DNA of 64,000 nt, taken from positions 192,001-256,000 of the forward strand of contig CAWFGE010000010.1 in NCBI GenBank assembly GCA_963815195.1. Direction: 5' to 3'. This DNA is from an uncultured Planctomycetaceae bacterium (GTDB lineage: Bacteria; Planctomycetota; Planctomycetia; Planctomycetales; Planctomycetaceae). This document shows positions 43,229-54,810 of this stretch, in pieces. The notes under the pieces are model-generated. The model was not told the origin of the DNA. It searched no databases and was given only the letters and a program-made list of their open reading frames with translations. How positions within the stretch are numbered: the stretch's first letter is position 1; the number at the start of each line of letters is the position of its first letter. The position numbers were made by a program, and so were the translations under genes.

Positions 43229-43756
43229 TTAATCTTGAGAGTTAAAATCTCCTCCGTAGGTGTCGGAGAGTTTGGCCATAATTGTCTTTCGCTCCTTCCA
43301 GAGCTCCACATACTCCCGAAGGTGCTGGTAAAGCGTTTCCCGGTCAGTGACTATTTTGGCCCTCTCTCGGTTTTTGGTCGCTTCGGCCAACCGCTGATAG
43401 TCTGCACTGATCGCTTCGTGCGACTCGACAAGTCGGCCACGGTAGGCGATGGCGATCTGATCAACATTCTCTCTGTCGAGACCGGAAAGTTGCCGGGCCA
43501 GATCGGCGTGTTGCATGGATAGTTTCGAGAACCCCTCGGCCGTACCGTCAATATCACTCGATTTGGCTGAAACATTGTTACTCTCAGCAAGCTGCTTGAT
43601 TGCCGGGTTGCCGCGATATTGAATCCCCTGAAGCTTCGCCCAAAACCAAAACGTGGCTTCACGTTTCCCTTCGAGATCCGCAGTCAATTCGCTGACGTTC
43701 TGGCAACCCACGAGCAGGAGAAAACAGAGTGTGAGACGACAGTAAAAAACGTGCAT
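43229..43756 (-). CDS. Hypothetical lipoprotein
   Basis: Lipobox-like LLVGC, helical composition, lower GC. Confidence 0.6.
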   Translation of the reverse strand: MHVFYCRLTLCFLLLVGCQNVSELTADLEGKREATFWFWAKLQGIQYRGNPAIKQLAESNNVSAKSSDIDGTAEGFSKLSMQHADLARQLSGLDRENVDQIAIAYRGRLVESHEAISADYQRLAEATKNRERAKIVTDRETLYQHLREYVELWKERKTIMAKLSDTYGGDFNSQD

Positions 43757-43806
43757 CAAAACAATTTCGGATTTCAAAGAGGCTCGTGGGACGCCAAAGG
43801 ATTCGA

Positions 43807-44490
43807 TCACGGCTTGGGCGGAAAGGTCGCGGGCGTCTTTTTCTTGGTCGCAGGCTTTGCTTCCGCGGGTTTGTTCGCGGCGGGTTGGGGAGCGGGTTCG
43901 GTTTCGCGGATGAACTTGTTCAAGATCGACATGTAGCCGTTGAGCGCGGCTCCCGTTTCGGGGCCAAGTTCATCTTGCAGGCTTTTGAGTTCATCGCGGG
44001 CTTTGACGGCGTCTTTGCGGACATCTTGGATGTTGAGCTTGCCTGTCATCAATCCGCCGAGCGTGTCGTTGAAATAGTCGCTGGCTTCGGGGGTGTTCAA
44101 CAGCGGGAACTTGGCTTGGAGCGCCCCGACCATCTGCGGGTTGATGCCTCCGCCTTGGAGTTGCTTGAGGACATCCTCCGACGAAGGCACTTGGCCTAGC
44201 GCCTTCCGCACGTCCGGATCGAGCGCGGGTTGGGCGGGGGCCGCCGGTGCCGCGGGGCGGGTGAGGATCGGTTTGTCGCCCAAATGAATCGCCGAGATTT
44301 TCTCGCGGGCGAGTTTGAGTTCCCCCAGGAGGTCGCTTTTCAGCACCAACTCTTTCCCATCGAGGGACACCACGTTTCCGTTGAGCACATCGCCGTTGGT
44401 GAGTTCGATCGTGTCCGCCCGAAGCGGCCCCGCGAAAAGCATCCCCAATCCGAGGGCCAAGCGGAATGTGTGATTTTGCAACCGATTCAT
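43807..44490 (-). CDS. Exported hypothetical protein
   Basis: Signal peptide then DTIELTNGDVLNG, with Pro/Ala-rich linkers. Confidence 0.7.
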   Translation of the reverse strand: MNRLQNHTFRLALGLGMLFAGPLRADTIELTNGDVLNGNVVSLDGKELVLKSDLLGELKLAREKISAIHLGDKPILTRPAAPAAPAQPALDPDVRKALGQVPSSEDVLKQLQGGGINPQMVGALQAKFPLLNTPEASDYFNDTLGGLMTGKLNIQDVRKDAVKARDELKSLQDELGPETGAALNGYMSILNKFIRETEPAPQPAANKPAEAKPATKKKTPATFPPKP

Positions 44491-44835
44491 GGTCAAACCT
44501 CCTCGTGGCGCGGCATTCGCCGCTTCAAACCCGAAATCCGAAACCCCCGTTCTTCCTTCATTGTGCCCGCGTTTGGCGAGGCGTCAACAGATATTTACCG
44601 AACGGGCCGTTTCCGAGTGCGGCGCGGTGAAGAAATCGTGGAGTCTTCGTAGCGGTTCCTGGGAGATCTCGATGAAATCGGCCTCGGGATAAGTGGAAAA
44701 AAAAGCGGCAAACCCGGGAACGGGCGGGACTTTTCGTTGCGGGTGCTCTATAACAGGGCATCGGATATTCACTTGCTGATACAAACCGACCGTTGTTGAG
44801 TTTCTTCCAACTCTGGTTTTCCCTCGCGAGCCCCC

Positions 44836-45582
44836 ATGACCAAACTTTCCCCTCAACCCCGCCAACCGCGGCCACGCAAAAAACACCCGCTGACTCGATT
44901 GTTCGAGTTCAAAGGCATCAATCGCCTGTCCATCGGCCAATACCGCGACCGCATCCGCAACCTCTACGACGGTCCCGCCGGGGCGGTGCTGGCGGTGGGC
45001 AGCATGATCTCCCTCCACGAACCGTTGGTGGGGCATTTGTTGCGTTCGCGGTTTGACGTGTCGCAGCAGGACCGGATTCTGGACGTCGGCTCCGGCGCGG
45101 GGCAGATTCTTAGGCACCTGCTCCGCCGAACGCACATTGACGCCCAACTCGTCGCGTTTGATCTCTCCGCCCAGATGCTCCGCCGGGCCCGGAAGAAGCT
45201 CAAAAACGATCGCCCCGCCTACGTGGCCGGCGATTTGATGCGGATGCCCTTCGCGGAGGAATCGTTCGACTGCGTGACCTGCGGCTGGGTGCTCGAGCAT
45301 CTGCCCGACCCCAAGCCCGGCCTCCGGGAGATCGGCCGCGTGTTGAAACCCGGCGGGCGGGCTTTGATTCTCGCCACGGAAGACACCGTCTTGGGTTCCC
45401 TGGTCAGCCGAACCTGGAAATGCCGAACTTATAACCGCCGCGAGCTCGAGCAAGCCTGCGTGGAATGCGGCGTGCCTTGGAAGGAGCAACTCTACTTCAC
45501 CAAGGCCCACCAGTTCTTCAAAATGGGCGGCATCCTGGTGGAGGCCGTCAAAACCGAAGCGGAAGACGCGCTGGGAGTGTAA
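44836..45582 (+). CDS. Class I SAM-dependent methyltransferase
   Basis: ILDVGSGAG, DLSAQML, PFAEESFD and RVLKPGG. Confidence 0.9.
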   Translation: MTKLSPQPRQPRPRKKHPLTRLFEFKGINRLSIGQYRDRIRNLYDGPAGAVLAVGSMISLHEPLVGHLLRSRFDVSQQDRILDVGSGAGQILRHLLRRTHIDAQLVAFDLSAQMLRRARKKLKNDRPAYVAGDLMRMPFAEESFDCVTCGWVLEHLPDPKPGLREIGRVLKPGGRALILATEDTVLGSLVSRTWKCRTYNRRELEQACVECGVPWKEQLYFTKAHQFFKMGGILVEAVKTEAEDALGV

Positions 45583-45771
45583 AACGTTCAAATTCCAACG
45601 CAAAGACGCAAAGGAAAGACGCAAGACCGCGAAGGACTGAAATCAAATCCGTGGGCGACCAAACATACGAAAATTGGACGGGACTTCTCGAAGTATCCCA
45701 ACAAGAGGGCGTGGATGTCTTGGGAACTGGTCGCGGCGCTCACGTAACCGCATTGGTCTGGTGTCGCGGCC

Positions 45772-46410
45772 GGGTGGCTGGGGCGCAATGGAATGTTCCA
45801 AGGAAAAAGCAGATTTGAGGCCTGGGGCCGTGTGAGATTTTTCTCACCCGGCCACAGCCCCAGCATTCACAGTTCAAGCCTTATTCCAAAGGGGACTTGC
45901 GCCCCAGCCACCCAAACGCTTACCGTTTGAGTATTGAAGATCCCAAGTCGAAGCTCGAATTGAAACGCTCTTTCTAAGAGCGGCTGGGTGGCTGGGGCGC
46001 AATGGAATGTTCCAAGGAAAAAGCAGATTTGAGGCCTGGGGCCGTGTGAGATTTTTCTCGCCCGGCCACAGCCCCAGCATTCACAGTTCAAGCCTTATTC
46101 CAAAGGGGACTTGCGCCCCAGCCACCCAAACGCTTACCGTTTGAGTATTGAAGATCCCAAGTCGAAGCTCGAATTGAAACGCTCTTTCTAAGAGCGGCTG
46201 GGTGGCTGGGGCGCAATGGAATGTTCCAAGGAAAAAGCAGATTTGAGGCCTGGGGCCGTGTGAGATTTTTCTCACCCGGCCACAGCCCCAGCATTCACAG
46301 TTCAAGCCTTATTCCAAAGGGGACTTGCGCCCCAGCCACCCAAACGCTTACCGTTTGAGTATTGAAGATCCCAAGTCGAAGCTCGAATTGAAACTCTCTT
46401 TCTAAGAGCG
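45772..46410. repeat. Tandem repeat of 3 x 214 bp, each unit a nested hairpin element
   Basis: Units start at 45772, 45986 and 46200 and are nearly identical. Each contains the IR GGGTGGCTGGGGCGCAA / TTGCGCCCCAGCCACCC. Confidence 0.95.
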
Positions 46411-46442
46411 AAATCGTTCAACAAATCGCATGACAGCCGGTT

Positions 46443-47777
46443 TCATTTCGCTTTCAATCTCCAAGGTTCGCGATAATCGTGCTGGGTGAGGAGCCGGCTG
46501 GCTTCCTCATCACCGATCACCATTTCCTGTTTTGCGTCCCAGCGGAGAGCGCGGCCGAGCGCGTGCGACACGTAACCCAAATGTCCCGGCGTGATCGAGC
46601 GGTGAGCCGTTTCCGCCGGTGCGATGCACGCCTTCCGGGACTTCACGCCCTCCAGGAAATTGCGGACGTGGTCGTCGGACGCATAGACCCGCTTGGGACC
46701 CGGCTCGAAGTCTCGCTCGGTCCAGCGCGAATTGGAGGCCCCTAAACGCCCGCGGGTCACAAACACCCAGCCTCGCTCCCCGATGAACTTCGTTCCAAGC
46801 GGATGGCGGCTGGAAATCGAGTTGTTCGTTCCGCCCGCATAATCGCAGCGGATTTCATACTGGTGGGGCGTGTTGTAAATGTCGGTGTCCGGCAGCGTCC
46901 AGTTCACCGCTTCCACCTTCACCGGCCCCGAGTCATCCAGATCGAGCGCCCAATGGGCGATGTCGTTGTGATGGCCGATCCAGTCCATCAGCACGCCGCC
47001 GCCAAAGGCCCGATGCCCCCGCCACCACCGGTGATGCCGAGCCCGCATGTAGGGCAGTTTCGGAGCGGGTCCACACCAGAAGTCGTAATCCAGATGCTCG
47101 GGCGGCGCGGTGATTGTCGGATCGCCTTGCGGCTTGTCATATCCGGGCGGGAGCCCGACTTCGATGCGTGCGATCTTCCCCAGGACGCCGTTTCGAACCA
47201 ACTCGACCGCTCGGCGGAACAGCGAATCGCTCCGTTGCTGGCTTCCGGTTTGAAAGACGGCCTTTCGCCTGGCCGCTTCCCGATAAACAAGTTGCCCTTC
47301 GTGAAACGTATGGGTCACCGGCTTTTCGCAGTAGACGTCTTTCCCATTGCGCAAAGCATCCAAGGTGCACAGGGCATGCCAATGATCCGGCGTGGCCACG
47401 ACCACGGCGTCGATGTCCTTCCGCGAACACACTTGGCGGAAATCGCTCGTCACGAAAAGCCCCGCCGCGGAACCGTATTGATTTTCGATCCGCTTTTTGG
47501 CCGCTTCGCGCCCGTAAGCCGTTCCTTTGCCCCACGGCTTATCGCGGTAATGCAAGGCGTCCACATCGCAAATGGCCACGATTTGGGCATCCGGCATTTT
47601 CAAGAGGGCGTCCAGCAAATTGAAAGCCCGCGAACCAAGCCCGACGAGGCCCAACGTGATCCGTTCACTGGGAGCTTTGGCCCGAACAGGGTTTAAGCAG
47701 GCCGCTGAAATGGTCCCGGCGAAAACGCCGGCTTCGAGAAATCGGCGTCGGCTGATTTTGCGATTCGGATGAGCCAT
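46443..47777 (-). CDS. Gfo/Idh/MocA oxidoreductase with Tat signal
   Basis: SRRRFL, TPDHWH, YCEKP, QTGSQQRS and DWIGHHND. Confidence 0.92.
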   Translation of the reverse strand: MAHPNRKISRRRFLEAGVFAGTISAACLNPVRAKAPSERITLGLVGLGSRAFNLLDALLKMPDAQIVAICDVDALHYRDKPWGKGTAYGREAAKKRIENQYGSAAGLFVTSDFRQVCSRKDIDAVVVATPDHWHALCTLDALRNGKDVYCEKPVTHTFHEGQLVYREAARRKAVFQTGSQQRSDSLFRRAVELVRNGVLGKIARIEVGLPPGYDKPQGDPTITAPPEHLDYDFWCGPAPKLPYMRARHHRWWRGHRAFGGGVLMDWIGHHNDIAHWALDLDDSGPVKVEAVNWTLPDTDIYNTPHQYEIRCDYAGGTNNSISSRHPLGTKFIGERGWVFVTRGRLGASNSRWTERDFEPGPKRVYASDDHVRNFLEGVKSRKACIAPAETAHRSITPGHLGYVSHALGRALRWDAKQEMVIGDEEASRLLTQHDYREPWRLKAK

Positions 47778-48224
47778 CGAATCCCCCTCTTGGTCAGACA
47801 TTGTCACGGTTGGGAAACGTCGCGCTTCGCATTGGGTGAACCGTGTGAGATTTCTGTAGCATACCGGAAAGTGAGTGGGATTCGCACGTGTAAGAAGAGA
47901 GACGCAATCGACGCCAGCGTTTCGCGCGCCGTGTCCACGCCGATGCGAATCGCCACGGAAAGCGAGGCTTCCGTTGCGAGATTTTGTCTGCCTATGATGT
48001 CGGACTCAAAGACGCGGCGGGCGATCGCAGCGCGACTTCATTGGCCTCACCATCTGCGATGGCAACGCGCGGACGTCCGTGCCGCGTCAACTCGATGTCT
48101 CGCACGACGCGGAGATTGGTCCTCGTCCCTTGTGGTCGAAAGTTCACAAGACTCAGTTGTTTTCGTGGGAATATCAAGTACAACAAGCGCAGGACCAAAA
48201 TCAGCGGACCACGGACAACGGACC

Positions 48225-48915
48225 ATGATGATACAAATTCAGGATGTCGCCAAAATCCACAAGCGAGGCGAGACGGAGGTGCACGCGCTGCGGGGCGTGA
48301 GCTGCGAAATCGAGCGGGGATCGTTCTCGTTTATCGTCGGGCCATCGGGGAGCGGAAAGAGCACGCTGTTGTATTTGATCGGGGCGCTCGATGAACCGAC
48401 CTCCGGCGAGATCGTTGTCGACGGCAAACGGCTCGCGGGACTGTCCGCCGGCGAGCGGGACGAATACCGCCGATCCGATGTGGGCTTTATTTTTCAGAGC
48501 TTCAATCTGCTCAGCAATCTGACGGCCGTCGAGAATGTCCTCGTGCCCTTTTTGCCGCGCGGGGTTTCCGAGGAACTCCGGGGGCGGGCGGTGGAGTTTC
48601 TCGGCCGGGTCGGTTTGAGCGGCCGGCTCGATCATCGCCCCAACCAACTCTCCGGGGGCGAGCAGCAGCGGGTGGCCATCGCCCGGGCTTTGCTCAAACG
48701 CCCGAAACTCGTCCTCGCCGATGAACCCACCGGCGAACTCGACAGCCGATCCGGACAGGAAGTGTTCGCCTACCTGCGGGAACTGCACGAGTTGCAGCAG
48801 GCGACGGTCGTGGTGGTGACGCACGACGAGCGCGTACCTCACCGAAAACGACCGCATCATCACCCTCCAAGACGGCCAGATCGTTGTTCCGTCCCCCGTC
48901 GGCGAAGGGGGCTGA
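48225..48915 (+). CDS. ABC transporter ATP-binding protein, LolD-like (frameshift near 48830)
   Basis: [31 protein letters not shown] and VTHD. Confidence 0.9.
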
Positions 48916-48939
48916 TTTCTGGATCAACCGCCCGGAAAA

Positions 48940-49928
48940 TTATTCCGGCCCCAAGCGATCGCCGGGACGGACGGAGTGCCCGTGCAGAAAATCCTTCGCC
49001 GGCATGCCGCGTTTGCCTTCGGGGCGAAGCCGGAGAATCTCCAGCAATCCCACGCCGGTCGCGACGATCAGCCGTTGGTCGGCGAAGACCACGGTGCCTG
49101 GCGTCGTCTCTTGGAGAAGAGCCGCTTCGGCGGGGAGATCGTCCCTGGTAACTTGCTGCACTTCGGTGACGATCAGGCGGATAGCTTTCTGGTCGGTTTG
49201 ATGGAAAAACGTAAACGGCGCCGGCCAGGGCTGCATTGCCCGGACGTGCCAGCCGATCTCCCGCGCGGACTTGTCCCAAGGGATTTCGCCGTGCGACTTT
49301 TTCAGGCGGGGGGCCTTGGTGACCTCGGCCGCGTTTTGGAACTCCAGCGTCAAGCGGTCTTCCGCCACGTCTGTGAGGATGCGCTGCGTCAAGGGCACGG
49401 CGAGCTGGGCCAATCGCGTTTCCAATTCGCCCGCGGTTTCCTTTTCTCCGATGGCGAGTTTTTCCATTCCGACGATCGGCCCCGCATCCAGCTTGGGTTC
49501 GATGCGGAAGATCGTCACGCCCGTCTCGTTTTCGCCTTTCCAGACGGCGTATTGCACCGGGGCCGCCCCGCGGTACTTGGGCAACAGCGACGCATGCACG
49601 TTGAACGCTCCCCGCTTCGGAATCGTCAACAGCTCTTCCGAAAGAATCTGCCCGTACGCCGCGACCAGGCAGACATCGGGCTTTAGGGACCGGAGCGTTT
49701 CCAAGGCTTCCGGCGTGTTCACCTTGTCGGGTTGGAACACCGGCGTGCCGTGCTCGAGCGCGGCTTCCTTCATCGGGTGCGGGTGGTGATGATGCCCGCG
49801 GCCCGCGCGGTCGGGCTGGGTAAACAACCCCGCGACTTCGTAAGGGGATTCATAAAGACTGAGGAACACCGGCAGCGCAAACTCCCCGGTGCCCATCATC
49901 ACAATGCGTAAAGTGTTGAAGACGGCAT
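48940..49928 (-). CDS. fmt: Methionyl-tRNA formyltransferase (start uncertain, probable indel)
   Basis: MGTGEFA, TQPDR, AYGQIL and NVHASLLPKYRGAAP. Confidence 0.93.
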
Positions 49929-50072
49929 TCTCCTGATCGTATGCCTGAGACGGTGCGAGCGACTGGCAATGGCAAACGTGTGAGTGGCACGGCGCGAGCC
50001 ACCGGTCGAGCGTCCGGTGCGATCGGCGAAAACCGCGGCTAGCGCCCTGCGGCTAATTTTTTCAAACACCTG

Positions 50073-50649
50073 CTAACGCGGCTCCAAGGATTTGAGACGT
50101 TTTTCGAGGACTTCGTTTTCCGGAATGCTTCCCGATTTCTGATCGCGGCGGAATTGCTGTTCCAGGTCTTCCAAATACGGCACGAGGTCCCGGAGCGACG
50201 TTTCATTCACGCGGTCGATGAACAGGACGCCGTCGAGGTGGTCGTATTCGTGCTGGACGACCCGGCTGGGGAGTTCCTTGAGCGTCATTTCAAATTCCTC
50301 CCCGCTGAGATCGAAAGCGGACACAACGATTTCATCCGCCCGCGGCACGGGGCCGTACAAATCGGGCAGGCTCAGACAGCCTTCCTCGCCCTCCACGCTG
50401 CCTTTGCGTTTGAGAATCTCCGGATTCAGAAACACGTGCTCCTGATCCTTTTCGTCGGGATCGCCGGTCGGGTTGATGACGAAAATCCGGTAAGGCAGCG
50501 CCGACCTGGTTGGCCGCGAGGCCGATGCCCCGGGATTCGTACATCAGCTCGAACATCTCGCTGACGATGTCCCGCAAATGCGAGGTGATTTGCTGGACGG
50601 GCTTCGATTTCCACCGCAGAGCGGGATGGGGATAACGCACAATTTCCAT
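50073..50649 (-). CDS. def: Peptide deformylase (frameshift near 50500)
   Basis: GIGLAANQVG, EGCLS and QHEYDHLDG, directly upstream of fmt. Confidence 0.92.
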
Positions 50650-50874
50650 AGTATCGATCGACCGCGACGAATAAATAACACCATTTTCGACTCGGAGAAT
50701 TATAGGTCGGAGGTGTGCGCCGGTCGAGCGAGTTTGCCCAATCGAATCGGGCAAAATGCCAGAAACCCCGGCGCGCGGCTGCACATCGCCGCTCGCCAGG
50801 GTTTTCTGATGACATAACACGTCAGTTGATGGTTTTCAGCAACGTATTCCAACGAGCGAATACGATGGAATCCG

Positions 50875-51207
50875 TTAATAAGTCGGCAGCGGTTGGAGGG
50901 TCGCGGTCGTCGTGTACGGCGTCGTCACCCACGTTGTCGTGGTCGTGGGAACGTGATAGGTCACCTGGCCGGGAACGATCGTCGGCCCGATCGCGACCGG
51001 GCCGCTGGCGGTGGTCGTCACGGCGTTCGGCGAAATCGCCTGGGCCACGCCCGGACCGGGAAGCGCACCGATGCCGCAGGCTCCGCCGGGACAAGGTCCT
51101 CCGGCCGGCGGATAGCAAGCGCCATAGCCTCCGCCGGACAAGCAGCAGCAACCCACCGAAGAGAGCAGCAATCCACAGGCAGCCATGATTGTGAGCAAAC
51201 GTGTCAT
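50875..51207 (-). CDS. Small Cys/Gly/Pro/Thr-rich putative lipoprotein
   Basis: RBS AAGGA; signal with SVGC lipobox followed by CC, ACYPP..CPGGAC and a Thr-rich tail. Confidence 0.65.
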   Translation of the reverse strand: MTRLLTIMAACGLLLSSVGCCCLSGGGYGACYPPAGGPCPGGACGIGALPGPGVAQAISPNAVTTTASGPVAIGPTIVPGQVTYHVPTTTTTWVTTPYTTTATLQPLPTY

Positions 51208-51277
51208 GAGATCATCCTTGCGTTAGAAGAGAGTCGAGACGGGAGAGAGAATTCGAACACGGAGGAGAAGGGAAACG

Positions 51278-52190
51278 TCAGGCCGAGAGACGTGGACTCG
51301 GCCCTCTTGCCATCCGATCCGGCCAACCGGCGGTGAACCCGGCCGGGTGGCGGGTCGGCTGTTGCTGAAAGACCAGGCCTTCTTTGCGGACCACGATGGA
51401 TCCCGAACGGAGCGGCACGCTGGCCATGTGCCGGCCCCGCCAGATTTCCAAAACGGGACAGTAGGCGGCGGGCGTCGGCGCGCACTCGACGCGGTAATGC
51501 GTCGGGGATTGCCAGAGCTTGAGCTGAAAGCGATCCCGCGCGCCACCACCGGGCAAACTCCGAGGAGTCGGTCCGCCACAACAGCGGCAAGCCGGACGAC
51601 TGCAGACCCGTCGCCGGGGCCAACTCCGCCAGACGGGCCGCCTCGGATGCGGAAAGCATCGTCGGCAAACCCGCGAAATAGCGTTCTTGAATTGTGCTGA
51701 GCCGACGCGGTTCGTTTGTGTCAAAGGCGTTGGGCCATTCGCCGTTCAAACAGCCGACGCCTTGATAAGGGAACGGCAAATCGGCAAGCCGGGCCCAAAC
51801 GCCGCCGGCGGCTTCGATGGCGGTTTTCAGTTGTTCCAAAAAAGCGAACCGCGAAGCGTTCGCAATCTCGCCGGTTGAAAAGTGCGCGGGAGCCGGCGCG
51901 CCGGTTTGGGCGAGGAGCTTCGCAACGTCCAAAACGCATCGGCTGTCTTTTTGATGGATCTTGACCACCGCCCGGCTCCACACGTCCCGCGAATCAAACA
52001 GCAGGCACCCGAGGGGGTCGGTTCCCGCGGAGGCGGAGTTCCGCCGTTTCCAGCGAAACGCCGATTTCAAAACCGACTCTTGCCCCAGTCGTTCCGCCGG
52101 CAAACCGGCTTGCCGCAACCAGTCGGCGACCTGGTCGGAAACTCCGACGAGGGCCAGCGGCAATTCGAGATTGGGGGCGTGTTGAGTCAT
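51278..52190 (-). CDS. Hypothetical protein (frameshift near 51540)
   Basis: Two frames join into one protein-like sequence. Confidence 0.45.
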
Positions 52191-52610
52191 CGGTCGAAGG
52201 GTTGTGTTGGATGCGGGGCTGCTCCCAAGATCGCGGGGGCAACCAGCCTCTGTGTGAGTGGAAGTTGTCGAGTGATGAGTGATCGGCCTGCCGATAAATC
52301 GGTGCGTCCCGCACGGCCGATTTGCCCGGCGGGATGTGCTCTCCGCCAAAGCGGGGCGAACGATATGGAGATCGCGAGATTTCGTCAACGGGACTTGGCG
52401 AAAACTTGAATCTTTTTTTCAAATCCACCCGCCGGGCCCCTGCGTTTTGAAACGCAACCCGAACTCAGAATTGGCCTTGGGAATTTGTAAAATCTTTTCC
52501 GGCGGGCGGGCAAAAATGCATTCCCGCCGTCAAACCGCGAAAGCTGGGCGATTCAAGCCGAACAAGCGAGCGCGTTCCCGCCGATGTCAATTCTTCGCAT
52601 TGACAATTCG

Positions 52611-53159
52611 CTACGCAAACGAAGCCGCGGCGTTCTCGCCCTGGAGCCGCATCTGAAACTTCGGGGCATTGCCCGCCGGAAACAGGAACGGAAAATTTTC
52701 CCGGGCGGCGTTCGGATCGTTTTGAAACGTCGCGAACTCCTGGGCCTTGCGGTTCGCCGTGAACTGGGCGGCGATGCTGCGAAACAACTCGGCAAGCTGG
52801 GGCGCGCCCGCGAGCAGGGTTTGAATCGCCGGGCCGTCGGGATGCGTTCCCGCAACCTGCATATCCCCCGCCTCGCCCAACTGCAATTGCACACCGGCCG
52901 CCGAATTCAGATGATGATCCGTCAACAGTCGATTGAAAGCCGAGGCGAAATCCCATAGGAGAGAGGATAAGTCCGCGGGCCAGCCCCCGTTCGGGGCCGA
53001 CGCCGGGACGTTTGTTGCGGAAACCTGCGAGTTCGATGGAGATTCGAGGGCGCCCGCGAGCAGATGGGCGAAGGATCCCATCGCATCGGTCGCTGCCTTT
53101 CCGGCGGCAAAAGCGGTGGGAATCAGTTGAGCCGCCAGGGCGACCGGTAGTATGCTCAC
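52611..53159 (-). CDS. Hypothetical protein
   Basis: Strong RBS GAGGAGG before a GTG start; 182 aa. Confidence 0.6.
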   Translation of the reverse strand: MSILPVALAAQLIPTAFAAGKAATDAMGSFAHLLAGALESPSNSQVSATNVPASAPNGGWPADLSSLLWDFASAFNRLLTDHHLNSAAGVQLQLGEAGDMQVAGTHPDGPAIQTLLAGAPQLAELFRSIAAQFTANRKAQEFATFQNDPNAARENFPFLFPAGNAPKFQMRLQGENAAASFA

Positions 53160-53278
53160 TCGAAATCCTCCTCGATCACGGATCGGCGAACGGCCCGTGC
53201 GTGCTGAGGGGATTTCCCTCGTTATGCCGATATTTCCAATGGCCCCCGTTTTAACCGTTTTTCCTTCTCCAACTTCCC

Positions 53279-54758
53279 ATGCCTGAACAACCGCATGTCC
53301 TGCTAGTCACCGCCGACCATTGGCCCGCATCGCTTCTGGGAGCGGCGGGACATCCGGTGATCCAAACGCCCACGCTCGACCAGATCGCCCGAAACGGCGT
53401 GCGGTTCGCCAACGCCTACAGCGAATGCCCGGTGTGCATTCCCGCCCGGCGGACGCTGATGACCGGCACTCCGCCGCGCGAGCACGGCGACCGCACGTTC
53501 CAGATCACGCTGCCGATGCCGGCGATGCCCACGCTGGCGGAGACGTTCCGGAGCGCGGGTTACCAGACCTACGCCGTGGGCAAGCTGCACGTCTATCCGC
53601 AGCGAAACCGCATCGGGTTTGACGATGTGCTCCTCGCCGAGGAAGGCCGGCCCAATTGGGGCGTGACGGACGATTATGAAATCTTCCTGGGCGACCGCGG
53701 CTTGGCGGGCCGGCAGTTCGACCACGGAATGTCGAACAACGAATATGTGACGAGGGCCTGGCATTTGCCGGAGGACTGCCACGTCACGAATTGGATCACC
53801 CGCGAGATGGCCCGGTCCATTCGCCGCCGCGATCCCACGCGGCCGGGGTTTTGGTATTTGTCTTATACGCATCCGCATCCGCCTTTGGTTCCGCCCGCGG
53901 CATATTGGGAGATGTACCGCGATGTGGAGCCGGTGTTTCCACGAACGGGATCCTGGGCCGAGGATTTTGATTCCCTGCCTTACCGTTTGAAAGGGCAGCG
54001 GGCCGGCTGGAGCTGCGACACGGAAACTCAAATCCGCACCGCCCTCCGGGCGTTTTATGCGCTGTGCACGCACATCGATCATCAACTGCGGCTGGTCATC
54101 GGCACGCTCCGCGAGGAAGGCCTGCTCGATCGGACGATCATTCTCTTCACCGCCGACCACGGGGACATGCTCGGGCAGCACGGGCTCTGGGCCAAGCGGC
54201 TGTATTACGAGAACTCCGCCAACGTGCCGATGCTGTTGATGGGCACCGCCGGCTGCGCGGGTCGGAACGAACCGCGTCGATTCGCGGCTGGTTGGCTGGC
54301 AGGATGTGATGCCCACGCTCTTGGACCTTGCGGGGATTGAGATCCCTCAAACGGTCGTCGGCCGGTCGATGCTATCAGAGAAGACGCGAGACGCCTTGTA
54401 TGCCGAGTGTAACGAAGGCGCGACGGCTTCGCGGATGATGCACGACGGGCGATTCAAGCTGATTTATTATCCCGCGGGCCATCGCTTTCAGTTGTTCGAC
54501 CTGCAAGACGATCCACACGAGCTGACCGACCTTTCCGCCTCCCGCGACCACGCGGCGAAGCGCGAGGAACTCACGGCCCGGCTCATCGGGGAACTGTACG
54601 GTTCCGATCTGGATTGGCTCAAAGACGGGGAGCTTGTCGGACGGCCGGAACCCGAATACCAGCCGCAGCCCAACCGCGGCCTGTCTCTGCAGCGCGGCGT
54701 CCATTGGCCCCACCCGCCCGTCGAAATCCCCACCGAACGCGATGCCTCATTGAAATGA
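53279..54758 (+). CDS. Sulfatase (frameshift near 54270)
   Basis: CPVCIPAR formylglycine motif, VGKLH, HPHPP, TADHGDMLG and QLFDL..DPHE. Confidence 0.92.
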
Positions 54759-54810
54759 ATGCGTTGGCTCCCGCGCGGCAAAGCCATCTGGACAAGAGAC
54801 ACGCGTTACA

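Noticed and set aside
45772..46410. CRISPR array, or repeated 68-74 aa ORFs
   Set aside because: The units are 214 bp and near-identical, with no unique spacers and no cas genes. The ORFs are incidental to the palindromic repeat.
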